From: Octopus sinensis
Lineage: Eukaryota
Direction: 5' to 3'
Assembly (NCBI RefSeq): GCF_006345805.1
Contig: NC_043000.1
Location: 133,238,001 to 133,302,000 of the forward strand
DNA: 64,000 nt
Shown: piece after piece, positions 51,301 to 63,849 of the stretch
How the letters are laid out: each line of letters opens with the position of its first letter
Numbering within the stretch: the first letter of the stretch is position 1
Notes under the pieces: model-generated
Told to the model about the DNA's origin: nothing
Seen by the model: only the letters and a program-made list of their open reading frames with translations
Databases searched by the model: none
Made by a program: the position numbers and the translations under genes

Positions 51301-54300
51301 CACTCAGAATTGCTGAAGCATGGAATAAACTATTGGGACACTGCATCCTTTAAAACTTCCATGCTTCCTGAAATTTGCCAACAGTACACTTGATGTCATC
51401 CCCACCTTTTTTTAACAACTCATTCAGTGTTCCCTTCCTGTGCACTATTCTATGTATTGTTCATGCACTTTTGGCTACTTCCGATGAGCTGTAATGAACT
51501 TGAGCACTGTATACAATAATCTCATTATTATTTGTTAGAGATAAACGCTTTGTCTTTAATGATGCAATGATTGAGATTCTAATACACTTCAGAACCTCCT
51601 TCAATATTCACTTGAGTTTAAACTTAAAACTATTTAGACAGATGACTTCCTTTACACTCCCATATGCACCAGCCATACCAACCAACCAACCAACCAATTA
51701 ATAACTTGTTAATTGTTACCGTTATAGAACCAATATTCTTTAGTTCCAACACTGCCTCATTATTTGCTAATCAGTTTAGTAACATTTAGGTTTAATCTTG
51801 GATTTCTTAAAGTCCCTCACTCTTTTGGAAATATTGATAATCTTCGATTACAATCAATAGTTGTAGATCATTTTGTATTTGAAGTATTGTTGTTTGTTGA
51901 TGCTTTTATTAAATTATTGTTTATAAATTGTAACTAGTTGACTGTCAGCTTTATCTTTTATCGTGGCTTTAATATAATTCTATATTACTATTTCAGTTAC
52001 GTTTTGCGTCGTATCCTCAGGCGTGCTGTCCGCTATGCTACAGAAAAACTCAAGGGCAAACCAGGCTTCTTTGCATCTCTTGTGGATACTGTTGTTGCCA
52101 TTCTGGTAATGCTATAGTTATTCAGTTTATTAATGTTGTATATTAATTATGGTGAATGCCATTAAAAAAAAAGACCATCTCTTGGTCAACCAGATCTTCC
52201 TCCTCCTCTTCCTCTACCAAAGTTTTCAATTTCTTTTTTGCTGTCTCAAAGTAACTGCCTATTGTCATCCTTTTTGTTGTTTTTTTTCCTCATTTTTGTT
52301 ACAAATACAAGGAGTGATCAACATTGGTATAAAAACACAACAATTGTTCTCTGAATATTTACTGAAGTTTGTTACTGAACAGCTGTGTTTGAACCCATTT
52401 TCTCAAACATGTCCCTCTACACCTTGCACAAAATACTTGCAACACAAGTTCTCTCTGTGGTTCACTCATATCTGTACTGCAGCAGACAAGGCAAAAAAAA
52501 AATGCAGCCTACAATGCTTGGAGAAAGTCACCCACCTCCACAAACTGGAGTGCTCCAGACTGCATTTTTTGTAAGACCATTCAAACTGCAAAGTATGTCT
52601 TCCTGCATCACAGCTTACAAGCTCTCCTACCTCAGAAACTGTAACCTGATTCTTTTGATCCTTTGCCAAAAGGAGCTCTACCGACTTGGTGAAACCCTTC
52701 TTCCCTTCACTTCTCCACATTTGCTGCTTGCTATATATCCAACTCTACGCTGTACACATTAGGTAAGTCCCCTTCAAACCCATCCCTTTCCAAACCATTA
52801 GGCTGAATCATCATGTAAACATACACACCTAGTTTGAAAGTATTGCTGGTCACTTCTAACCAAGAAGGCCACTGATCTTGACAATGTCTTTTTCAGTGTC
52901 CTCAAACAATCCACTTCAGATCTAGCCCTTCATAAAATCTTCAGTTTCTCCCACCACCCAAGATACATACTGATCTTGAAACCTGCTACATGTCCTAGTC
53001 TCAAGAAGGAGCCATCCCCGTCTCACTGCCAAATACTAACCTGTTCTATCATACATTTCCAGTATCTCAAAACCAATGAAGAAAGTCATTAATAACGGTC
53101 TTCTTTAAATCTTTTCACCTCCCCTTAGTGACCAGCAGTACATCTGGCATTATGAATGAAGTCAGATCTGCTGGAGACCTACTCTCCTATATTAATCACC
53201 ATTGGACTATCACCTCCAAGAAATTTAGTGAACACTGTTGTTGTAAATATCACTGACACTTTCACCCATGTCTGTCATGTGAATTTCTCGCCAAAACTTC
53301 CTGCCTCTGGGCTCCATGTATCTCTTTTGTCTTGGATTGGTAGCTTTACACTCTTGTGAAAGATGTGAATGTCACAGAATCTTTGTCTTCTCTATAAATT
53401 TATGGCTTGTGCTTTACTAAGAAGCTCTTACTTCCTTAATTTTTTCCATGTTTTACTATTGCTTTCAATTTATCATAAGTTAGTTTTGGAATTTTTGCGG
53501 ACAATTTTGTTATAAATGTGTTTCCTGCCACTAATTGTGATGACCCACCTACCCAAAGCAGTCATATTAATTATTGATTTTTTTTACTCTTATGAATATT
53601 TTTTTAATAACTTCTTTTTCTTTTTGTTTTTTCCAATTTACAGAAATCAACTTTCCCTGAAGTTGCTAAAGATCCTCAAATGGTAAGCTCCTCGCTATTA
53701 AAATACAATAATTAAGAAAATATATATATTCACTGAAGAAAAGAAAAGTGTTACATTTTGCAGCATTGTCTTTTTTTGAACCCCAAAATATTTCTTCACA
53801 ACAGTTTTCTTAAATTCAAATAAATTGGTTGGTAAAAAAAAAAGTGGGTGTAAAATGGAGACATTAAAACATGTACACAGAACCTTATTTTAATCTGAAG
53901 GATTAAGGTGAATGTTCTTGATCCTTTGTCTGAATTTGCTTGATCCTTTGTCTGAACTAAGATTTCAAAATAATTAACTATCATGTACAATGTTAGACTA
54001 AATTATTCAATTAATATTTCAAAGTTAATATTCTGCTGTATTACTTGTTGTTAATTGACATAGTGAAAGGTTGATATTTTAACCTATTTGTTATATTTAT
54101 ATATATTCTTATATGACTCAGTCATGACCTATTTACAAAATAAAAAAAGAACTTTATAGCTGATAAAAATGGTAAAAAGAAGAAAAAACTTGCCACATAT
54201 TTTTCTCCATGGATCCTGTATATTTTTTCTAATTATTTTTCATTTTAGGTGAAAGATATCATTAATGAAGAAGAGAGCCAGTTTTTGAAGACACTCTCCC

Positions 54301-57300
54301 GTGGGCAGAGACTTTTACAAAGAAGCATTGCCAAATTAGACGGGAAAAAATCTCTTCCAGGTACTTCAGTTCTTGTATATTTATTACATTGGACACCTTT
54401 ATGACATTTACTCTGTTAATACAAATACTATATATTTTTTTATTACTATATTTCTTTCAACCTATCATTGTTGCAGTATTTTCTTTTTTTTTTTTTAATG
54501 ATAAAAACAAATGTAATTCCCTAATTTTATTAAATGTGGCAATTTGTCTGCCTCTTTGCAATCCTTATAGTCTCCGACAGTCCTAATCTTCTAGCTTACA
54601 GGCCTATCAGTCTAGCCAGCTAATTCTTGAAAAATGCAGGCATCTTAGGCTTAGTATTAAATGTAACCTCTACTCCTACAAGAAGGTTATATGGAAAAGT
54701 ACTAATTTCTCATCTTCTGTTTCAGGTGATATTGCTTGGCGACTGTATGATACCTATGGTTTTCCAATTGACCTGACTCAACTAATTGTTGATGAGCATG
54801 GTTTGGTAGTTGACATGGATGCCTATGAAGAAGCCCGGAAAGCTTCTCTGGTTAGTTGCAACATTTTAACAATTGTCATCATCATTTAACATTCGTTTTC
54901 CATGCTGACATGAGTCGGACAGTTTGACAGGAACAAGCAGGTTAGAAGGCTGCACTGAGCTCTGCTGTCTGTTTTGGCATGGTTTCTATGGCTAGTTACA
55001 CTTCCTAATATCAACCACTTTACAGAGTGTACTGTGTGCTTTTTATGTGACATTAGCAGCAGTGAGGCCACCAAGTAAGTTGCTGGACAAGACCCCTCAA
55101 CTGGGAGGGAGTAGTATTGAAGAACAGAGAGGTAACTTGCAGTAGATGAGAGACGTGGCTTCCTCAGATGAAGAGAGATAGAAGAGAAAGATAGTGAAGA
55201 TGTAACAGAAAGGGCAGGGGCCATACTCCTAAGTTACAGGGTAGTGTACATAGTGAGGGGAACCAGGGATTGGAGAGGGTTGATAGGCAGGTTAGTTCAT
55301 AAGATTTCGAACAGAGAAAAGGAGCTAAGAATGGGATTTAATAAGCGCATATTGTGTGCAGACTGGTAGGTGGACACTTGAGGGAGAATGAAAAGGAGCG
55401 GAGAAACAGCAGTGGTGAGCATGAGTGAGTCGTGAGAGAGGGAGGCGGGGTCATAGACATAGATTTTACATTGCTGGGCAGGTCTTCTCTAGTACAGCTT
55501 ATCACTAGTCATCTCTTCTGTGAGGCTCAATTCTATATATTGTGAGCAATTTAGAGAACTGTATTAAAAAGTGTCTTTAATTATGTTGTGAATTTATAAT
55601 GAAAGTGGAAAAAAACTTGGAGATATGTACACTGAAGATATAGACTGGTTTCCAGGTTTTTGAAATTTTGGATCATTTGTTCTTTCCTTAAGGCTTTAAG
55701 GGAATAAAACAAATGAAGATTAGTCTCAAAATATTTAACAGATTAGTGGTCAAAAAATTACAGAACCTACAAGTGGCCCAGTTTATCTCATACATAAGTA
55801 TCATAGAGTAGGACCCAAAATGGTTTAGTCTATTTAGGTAAATAGGTAACACAGTTGGAAATTTTAAGGGAAATAAGTAACAAAGAATAGAAACACTTTC
55901 AATGATTCTGTTTATAAAGCAAAATAACAGAGTTGGATCAACCCAATGCTGCAAGAAGTGGTTAAACTGTAAAATTGGTGATTAGTTCATTAGCCTGCTG
56001 TATAGTGGAGTCTTCCAAACTGATTAACTTTAGATTTTCTATGTGTAGACAGTCTTCTGTGGTATTACTATGGCCAATTGGGTTATAGTGTTTACCATTA
56101 TTTTATGTACAAAAATTACATGTCAATAACTCCATGTATGGCTGGTTTGAATGCTAAAGAGTTGATCATGGTATGTCATTTAATTTTTCATGCCAGGCTT
56201 ATCCTGGTGGATCATATTTTTTATTCAGCATCACTTAATTAACAGCTATGAAATATTATCTATAATGTTTGCGCTAATGAAACCTAGTTTCCAAGGTTTT
56301 AGAATTGCTGTTGTTTTCCTTGTTATAACTTGCTTTACTTTTATATTAAAATGTCCTTTGTCGTTTCTTCTTGTATAGCTTGCTTCCCAAGGTGGCGGTG
56401 GAACTGCAACACAAATGGTCAGTCTTGATGTACATGCTTTGAATGAACTTCAAACAAAGGGTGTTCCTCTCACTGATGATTTACCAAAATATAAGTATAC
56501 TGCTGATGAAAATGGGAACTATGGCAAGTAACCTAATCACTAACTCTCAACAGTATTATGATTGTATTCTAAAGTACATTTTTCATTGTTTATAGCAATT
56601 ATATTTTAGTTTTGAAAATTTATCATTTGAGTTCTTCATATAAAAGCTGGTGAGGTTGGATAATGTGTTTGTGAGTGTGTGTCTATGCAAATGCTTATGT
56701 ATAGTATTTTGGTTGCTTCAAGTTTGTAAGATTGAATTATAGTTCATTGTTGGTGAAATATACTGAATATTTCAGCAAGTAAAACATCCATGATAAAGTT
56801 TATCACTACAGGGACTATTCTTTTAAAGTGCATTTACCTTCTGTTTTCAATTATTTGTATGCATGTGTATTGGCTTCCTTTTTATGTATGAGGTGGTGCT
56901 GAAAAGCTCCTGGTTTTAGGTAAAAGAAAATACAGGAGGATCAGTTAATTATGATTTTCAACATATTCCCCCTCTTAGATTCACACACTTATTGCACTGG
57001 TCCTTCTGTTTTTCTAAGGCTTGTAAAAAAACTCAGAGAATTGGGCCTCCAACCAGGCCTTTGTGATACCCTTAAAGCCAGGAAATTTTCAGCACTCCCT
57101 TGTAATAAACCAGACCTTCCACTACTCACCCATTGTGTTCTGGTTCCAACTTCACATTTGCAGGTTCTTCAATTCTGTTCTCCACTGTTAAAACCCCACT
57201 TTCTTTTGTTAGATTGAGCTGTTCAGTTACATTTCATATTTCAGTTTTATAATGTAGTATCATGAAAAATTAGATTTATACTGTCTTCTTGCCCCTGGTT

Positions 57301-60300
57301 CTTTGGTACAAACTTCCTGTTTTAGAGCGATCTAAATTAAAACCTTTAATCAAATTTTCATGTTAATTTTTGTTCTAAACCCCAACTTAATTGTAAAGTC
57401 ATTTTACTAAATTTTTGTTTTCAAAATTAATTGAAACAAAGACAGAAATATTGTAACAAAATGGATTAACTGTGTTATTTATTTACATTTCAGTTTTTGA
57501 GACAAACACTGGATCAATAGTAGCTTTACGCATGGGTAAAGAATTTGTTCCGAAAGTGCCTGCAGGTGTTGAGTGTGGTATCTTACTAGATTCAACAAAC
57601 TTCTATGCTGAGCAGGGTGGTCAGATTTATGATGAAGGATTTATGACCAAACAAAATGAGGTATGAAATATTTCTTTGGCTTTGGAATTTATTAAATATT
57701 CCTTTCCTTCAGTTGATATATTCTTCTTTACAGAGGTACAAAATTTTCAAGCCACATTTTAGTCTAATCTAGATCTTAGGTAAGTTTCCTATGAACAAAT
57801 ACTATGATCTGATTTCCATTCTGGCTTATTTTCTTCATTTTCATCAGTAATGCTTTTGAGAAAGGTATAATACATTAAGTCCATATCTGAAGCTTGCATA
57901 TGTATAAGAAACTATGCTTTAATTGTATTACATTGATAATATAGTGAAACTAGGAGTGTCTAATGTATTGATTTTAAATAAATGTAAGGTCTTTCCGAAA
58001 TGTTTTATCTTTTACAGTTTGGTTATATTGATAAATGAAATATGGTAATAGTTATACAAAAGAATTCCATGTGGCTGGTAGTGGGTACATGGTACTGACA
58101 GCCCAAAGAGGCAGGAAAGTGCATTTGGCTTTCTCACCACCACGGCTGGACAATTTTCATCTGCTATTGATATAGTTTTGGCTTTCTAACCACAGTGCAT
58201 CCATATGAGATATTATCCCTGGATGAATACTACAGTTAATTTACCTTTCATGATTTATCTGCACAAATGGTTATAGTTATTTTCCTAAATATTTTTTGGA
58301 AAATAGAATATAACAAACTCTGTGATATAACAATACTGATACATTTAAAAAATCGGGAAAATTCTAGAAGTCCTCTGCCTGTATAGCACACCTCTTTGAA
58401 ATTTAGACAAGTGTTTAGTTGAAATTTCTGAAGGACATAGTTTATAATTTTACATAAATTTTAGGACTAAAAATGAAGGCTACCTATCAACAATTTAGTG
58501 AATGTTTCATTTTAAATGCCTTGTTATAAAGAAGAATAGATGTTTCACAATTATGCATTATTAAAGTTCTTTCTTAAGAACTCTATAATTTTCAAATATA
58601 TAAATGGATCTGTGTAATATTTAGAAGTTGTCATGGAAATTAAACAGGTGAAAGCAAGCAAAACTGGTTTTCAAATGTTTATCTTAAATAATGCTGGAAG
58701 AAACTGGCATTTGATTTATTTATTTGTTGAATTCTTGAAACTATAAACTGAATTGATCTTTATATCAAGTCTGTCATGAGCCTAAAAAGGACTATTATGA
58801 TGCAGTTTGTACTGGATCCTGAGCTGTTTTAAACAACTGAGAGTACAAGACTACCTCTGGTGCATCATGAATTAAATCTCAGAAATTAAAAAATTAGACT
58901 GTCTAGCCTAGTTCAAGACTGTGTTATATAGCAGCTGGTCTGTGATAGGAAGCTGAATATGTTTTCCAAGTAGTGGTCAACAACCTGTGAAATAATTCAT
59001 CAGGAGATCCCTACCTCATTTTTCCAGACATCCATAACATAGAAATAATGTTTACACTCTTATTTCACTCACAATGAAACTTTGTAAAAAATCAAATGGA
59101 AATTGTAGTTAAGATACCTGTGCCGGTGGCACATAAAAAGCACCGTCCGAACGTGGCAGATGCCAGCGCCGCCTGACTGGTGTCCATGTCGGTGACACGT
59201 AAAGGCACCAACCGATTGTAGCCGTTTGCCAGCCTCCCCTGGCACATAAAACGCACCCACTACACTCACGGAGTGGTTGGCGTTAGGAAGGGCATCCAGC
59301 TGTAGAAACACTGCCAGATCAGACTGGAGCCTGGTGCAGCCTCCTGGCTTCCCAGACCCCGGTCGAACCATCCAACCCATTCTAGCATGGAAAACAGACT
59401 TTAAATGATGATGATGATGAAATTGATTTCAGTTCTGGTTTAAGTTTTGTTGTATGTAATATATGTTTATGTGTAACACGCATGCGCGCCATTGTTATAT
59501 TAATTGTTTATTTTTAAAAATTTGGGTGTTAATTGGATTAATATTGCTTTTTTTTTTTTCAGGAAGAAGGATTTCTTGTGAAAGATGTTCAGGTGTATGG
59601 TGGCTATGTGTTACATGTTGGTGTAAGTGAAGGAGTTCTGGAAGTAGGAGACATTTTGACACAGACTATCTTCCAGGTTTGTTCAATTAGTATTTTAAAG
59701 CAAATGTCTCAAAATACACAGAGTGATGGCATTTTGAAATAACAGAGGCTGTTATGCCTGGTGTATCAAAGACCATAAGTTCAATCTATGTTATAGGCAT
59801 TATATTTTAGACAAAAATGGATTACTTTATTTACCTTCATCTACATTAACTTTTCAAATGTTTCATGATAAAGAACATATTCAAATTTCTGAATGTGCAT
59901 GCCTGTTCAGTCCAAAGTAGCTTGCCTAAAATGGTTTCTTTATGAACATTTAGGTATACAAACCAGAGGTAAAAAAATTCCATGTATATTTTAGAGTTTA
60001 CTTATTCATTTAAAGCTGGTGATTTATTCTGTTGCTACTTCAAGTTTCTTGCTTACATGTGTTCCTTCATGTTACATTATGAAATTTGATATTTAGTTTT
60101 GTTTTGCTTTTTTTGTGGCACGTAAAAAGCACCATCTGAATGTGGCCGATGCCAGCGCCGCCTTGACTGGCTTCTGTGCCGGTGGCATGTAAAAAGCACC
60201 AACCGATCGTGGCTGTTGCCAGGCTCCCCTGGTACCTGTCCTGGTGGCACGTAAAAAGCACCCACTACACTGACGGAGTTGTTATAGTTAGGAAGGGCAT

Positions 60301-63300
60301 CCAGCTTTAGAAACACTGCCAGATCAAACTGGAGCCTGGTGCAGCCTCCTGGCTTCCCAGACCCCGGTCGTACCGTCCAACCCATTCTAGCATGGAAAAC
60401 GGACGTTAAACGATGATGATGATAATGAATTCATACTAAGCTTGAGCAAATAACTGAGGAGTATGATAAGAGCAGTTGCTTCTGTATATGCTGATAGATA
60501 ATTTTTATTTGAAGCATCTGTCTATATTAAACCTTATTCCATTCCTGTACTGTCTTTTTTACTCTATTATTCAGTCTCGTCGAGAAGCCATAATGAAGAA
60601 TCATACTGGAACACACATGTTAAATTTTGGTCTACGACAAGTTCTCAATGAAGCAGACCAGAAAGGTTCTTTAGTTGCACCTGATCGTCTTCGTTTTGAT
60701 TTCACTGCGAAGGTTAGTTTATTTAATCCTCTCTTTTCTCTTCTTTTTTTTTGTCTTTTCAAGCTGAGTTAAAAAAACTGATATTTTAAACACAAAAGCC
60801 ATTACATTAATCATGTGTATTTGATATAAATTTTTCCTATTTCGTTTTTGCATTTTGTTTGCAAAACTCTTGATGTGAACTCAGGTGTTGAAACATATTT
60901 TGTTGTATCTCAGGGTCATTATGTCAATAATAAACTCACACACAAACACACTGGTTCTTTTTCACTTCTTTATCTCTTTATTTATCAATTGGTTAACCAA
61001 TTGACAAATAAAGAGATAAAGAAGTGAAAGAGAACCAGTGTGTATATGTGTTTATTATTAGCATAATGTCCCTCCCAAGATACAAAAGTTTTATTATATT
61101 TTTTAATTAGAAATTGTTGGCTCATGATCTTCAATTTCCATTATCCAGGCTTTGTGTAATTTGAATGAGTCTTTTGTGTTTACTCATGAGGGAATTATAT
61201 TTATTTAAAAGAAAACTAAAGGATAGTTCATCTAATATATGAATGCTGAATTAAAATTAAAAAAATGAAAATACATTTCGGATTCATAATTAACAAAAAA
61301 ATATGTAAAATTTTCATTTACATTATTCTGCTGTGGTCTACAACATTGATCCTGAAAACAATATGGCCATCACTGCTTTCTAAGCTGTGCAAGCCTGGTA
61401 TAGATTATATCAGCTAAATAACTTTCTGCACAAATACTTACTTAATCGATTCCCCGAAACAAGGTGAAAGATATGATGCTTACAGATTTTCTGTTTCTTT
61501 ATGATTTTAGGGAGCTATGACTGTTGAACAGGTGAAGAAGACAGAAGAATGTGTAAATAAGCTGGCTACTGAAAAGCAATTAGTTTATGCAAAAGAAGCA
61601 GCACTTCCAGTTGCTAAATCTATTAAAGGATTACGTGCCATGTTTGATGAGGTAAGCAAAAATTAATCAGTATGATTCTTCATTATTTTTAATTCTATTT
61701 CACATATGATTAATTCAGAGGAATTAATCCTATACATTCAGCTTCTCTAATGAGCCCAGTCACTTGCACTTGAATAATTTTCTGTGTTAGGAATAATATA
61801 GGATCACTTATAGTTTGTTATAATGATATGCTTCCATCATATTGTTGTTGTTTAACCCTAGGTCAGCTCTGATCTTGCAAACTTATGATCACATACATTC
61901 CAGCTTTGATCAAATAATCATTCTTGGATAAATATTTTTGTATCTTATTTTGTTTATATTTTGCTTGTGTCAGTCATTGGACTGTGGCCATGCTGGGGCA
62001 CAATCTTGAAGGATTTAGTCAAACAGATTGACCCTAGTCCCTATATTTTTCTTAGGTCTGGTCCTTTTTCTATTGGTCTTCTTTTACAGACACTAGATGT
62101 GTCTCTAAGACTTTGAATTAGTCAAAGGCCAAACAAAATATTTTGCATTATTAAAATAAGTACCAAAATGAATGCCAATAGAGTTGGCTGTTCCATCCCT
62201 ATCAAAATTTTTGGCTTTGTACCTCTGTAAGAAATGAATATTTAACTAGGTCCCATTTATTTTTATTAGATATGGTTTCAATGATACAGGGGTTATTTCC
62301 TTTGAAATATAATATGTATTGTCTTTAATAATGTGGAAGTTATGGTGCAAGTATGATTATATAATTAATAAATCCTTTTTGTAACTACATCGTTTTAGGC
62401 TCAATCTCACTGTTTGACACTTTGGGCAAGTGTTTTCTATCATAGCTTTGGACTGAAATTAAGTAGTCAGAAACTGTGTAGAAGCCTCTCAAAAGGAACT
62501 TCCTGTTCTTGGATAGCAAACTTCGTCTATCACCCAGTTTAACACCACCACATGGTCTTGAGTACTTTAGCAGAGTCAACACTGTTGTAAACATTTGGCA
62601 TCAGATCTCCATTCTGATTATAACTTCCCCCATTTCATTGGCTCCTAGTCTCACAAACCCTAATAAAGGTTATGAGTGCTACCCTTCTTCTTCTGTCTAA
62701 GTCACCATCATAATCATCATCATTTTATGTTTGCTTTCTATGCTGACAGCAATTGAACAGGTCCTTACAGTTCAAGTTGTTATTCAGAGTTACTATCCCA
62801 CTGGATGAACTGAGGCTCCACATTTAGCTCATATATTTAAATTATGGCATAGCCTCTGTGGTTTCCTTGGTTGGCTGCTCTTCCTAATATATGACATCTT
62901 ACACTGTGTACTGGGTGCATTTTATTATGCGGACCTTTTGAGCCTGTGTTGGGTTCTTTCAACCCTAAAAAAGTATATCAATCAACCTTTTTTTTTTCTT
63001 TCATTCTCCATATTTTGTTTACAGGTATACCCTGATCCTGTACGAATTGTAGCAATTGGAGTTCCGGTTGAAGATCTTGTCAAAGATCCTTTGGGATCTA
63101 GTGGTACTACCAATTCAGTTGAATTCTGTGGTGGCACGTAAGTATCAGCCAACTCTTTTGCCATCAGAAAGTTATGATTTGAAATATTAACTTTTTTCGT
63201 TTTTTTTCTCTTCATTTATTGATGCTTATTATTATTAATTAACCTTTATTGATCTTTGCAGTCATTTAAAAAGCTCTGACCATATAGGTAGTATGGTCAT

Positions 63301-63370
63301 TGTGTCAGAAGAGGCAATTGCTAAAGGAATTCGTCGAATCATTGCTGTTACTGGGAATGAAGCTGAAAAG
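43082..63370 (+). CDS. AARS1: Alanyl-tRNA synthetase, cytosolic type; 17 coding exons, 2274 nt/758 codons in window, 3'-incomplete
   Basis: Exons join with consistent phases into a stop-free frame. Recognised AlaRS motifs: [110 protein letters not shown]. Editing-site motifs NHTGTH (HxxxH) and CGGTH (CxxxH) are present. Confidence 0.97.
44466..44654 (+). CDS. AARS1: AARS coding exon 2 (FKPIFLG...SFGDYYK), 189 nt
   Basis: ttcag| acceptor, AAG|GTCAGT donor, motif-2 residues. Confidence 0.96.
44990..45403 (+). mobile_element. GG-ended MITE copy 4 in an AARS intron
   Basis: TIRs; flanks caattctt/ccattctt (7/8 TSD); (CCCTAA)3. Confidence 0.88.
46069..46214 (+). CDS. AARS1: AARS coding exon 3 ([11 protein letters not shown]...IWLDLG), 146 nt
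   Basis: tttcag| acceptor, GG|GTAAGT donor, RLYVTYFGG motif. Confidence 0.95.
46914..47105 (+). CDS. AARS1: AARS coding exon 4 (LPESHILPF...LVFIQFNR), 192 nt
   Basis: tttcag| acceptor, AG|GTGAGT donor, [21 protein letters not shown]. Confidence 0.96.
47697..47845 (+). repeat. About 45-bp minisatellite, about 3 diverged units
   Basis: Repeated gtgttgggcct.atggagg..aagtgg.tgag.tccttt. Confidence 0.7.
48717..48861 (+). CDS. AARS1: AARS coding exon 5 (EADSSL...FEAIQK), 145 nt
   Basis: aaacag| acceptor, AAG|GTATGT donor, motif-3 [10 protein letters not shown]. Confidence 0.95.
49203..49420 (-). mobile_element. 5'-truncated retroposon with (CAA)n tail inserted in a family-A SINE
   Basis: 11-bp TSD tgcccaaagtg at 49192-49202 and 49421-49431. 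Confidence 0.85.
50964..51109 (+). CDS. AARS1: AARS coding exon 6 ([12 protein letters not shown]...PDNSGRG), 146 nt
   Basis: tctag| acceptor, GG|GTAAGC donor, [13 protein letters not shown]. Confidence 0.95.
51290..51530 (+). mobile_element. CR1-clade LINE 3' end, same family as 18557-20275
   Basis: ttttcacactcagaattgctgaagcatggaataaact...gcactgtatacaataat. Confidence 0.8.
51997..52105 (+). CDS. AARS1: AARS coding exon 7 ([10 protein letters not shown]...VVAIL), 109 nt
   Basis: tttcag| acceptor, CTG|GTAATG donor. Confidence 0.95.
52190..53540 (+). mobile_element. Old CR1/Jockey-group LINE ORF2 fragment, heavily frameshifted
   Basis: WFTHICTAA...AYNAWRK and KATDLDN-like, ATCPSLKK-like RT-domain-0/1 remnants. 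Confidence 0.6.
53644..53682 (+). CDS. AARS1: AARS coding exon 8, 39-nt mini-exon ([13 protein letters not shown])
   Basis: tttacag| acceptor, ATG|GTAAGC donor; fills the FPE..KDP.M gap between neighbouring exons in frame. Confidence 0.9.
54249..54360 (+). CDS. AARS1: AARS coding exon 9 ([16 protein letters not shown]...KSLP), 112 nt
   Basis: ttttag| acceptor, CAG|GTACTT donor. Confidence 0.94.
54726..54850 (+). CDS. AARS1: AARS coding exon 10 ([14 protein letters not shown]...ARKASL), 125 nt
   Basis: ttcag| acceptor, CTG|GTTAGT donor. Confidence 0.95.
56379..56523 (+). CDS. AARS1: AARS coding exon 11 (LASQGGG...DENGNY), 145 nt, GC donor
   Basis: gtatag| acceptor; only TG|GCAAGT gives the phase-1 join to the next exon (GNY-V-FE). 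Confidence 0.88.
57494..57660 (+). CDS. AARS1: AARS coding exon 12 (VFETNTG...[20 protein letters not shown]), 167 nt
   Basis: tttcag| acceptor, GAG|GTATGA donor. Confidence 0.95.
59563..59676 (+). CDS. AARS1: AARS coding exon 13 ([20 protein letters not shown]...TIFQ), 114 nt
   Basis: Long polypyrimidine tract + cag| acceptor, CAG|GTTTGT donor. Confidence 0.93.
60575..60712 (+). CDS. AARS1: AARS coding exon 14 ([14 protein letters not shown]...RFDFTAK), 138 nt
   Basis: ttcag| acceptor, AAG|GTTAGT donor, editing Hxxx[16 protein letters not shown]. Confidence 0.96.
60946..61043. repeat. Zero-loop palindrome, 49-bp arms (47/49), extending imperfectly to about 60912-61074
   Basis: Centre GGTT|AACC at 60994/60995. 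Confidence 0.92.
61511..61651 (+). CDS. AARS1: AARS coding exon 15 (GAMTVEQV...GLRAMFDE), 141 nt
   Basis: ttttag| acceptor, GAG|GTAAGC donor. Confidence 0.94.
63025..63137 (+). CDS. AARS1: AARS coding exon 16 (VYPDPVRIV...SVEFCGGT), 113 nt
   Basis: tacag| acceptor, AC|GTAAGT donor. Confidence 0.95.
63262..63370 (+). CDS. AARS1: AARS coding exon 17 (HLKSSDHIG...[15 protein letters not shown]), 109 nt
   Basis: ttgcag| acceptor, AAG|GTGAGT donor, [16 protein letters not shown]. Confidence 0.95.
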
Positions 63371-63849
63371 GTGAGTTTCTTTTCTTTCTCCTCCTTCAAA
63401 TGTCAGTTTCCATGATTTCCCTTGTGTCTAATATGTAATGCATCCTATTTCTGAGAATATCTCAAATGTTTTATTCAAATGTTTTCCTGTATCAGAAGCA
63501 ATGAATTCTCATATGAGTATGTGACTGCCTGCAAGTACGTGTCATTGAAAAAGACCAAAAAGGCTGAAAAGCATCTGACGTTCTCATTAGCCACTGCTGG
63601 GATGAATTTTCATCTCTCTCTCTCTCTGATGTTTATTGCTTTTTAATACAGCATGGCTATAACACATGTTATCTCAGGACAGATATTGCAGCAACTAGCC
63701 CTATCAACAGTGTATATACATTAAATAGATACACAGATGGCTATATATATATATAAGTTCAGCAAAATTTAGATTCAAATGAATATGGTACTTAAGTTAG
63801 ATGCACCAGAATTTTGTATGGTGTTATCCATATAAATCCATGGGGTGGT

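Noticed and set aside
52149-52762. Nested gene in the AARS intron (141- and 125-aa ORFs)
   Set aside because: They overlap a decayed LINE ORF2 whose coding frame is broken
56524-56533. Canonical GT donor at 56528 as the true exon 11 end
   Set aside because: It frameshifts exon 12 into an immediate TGA
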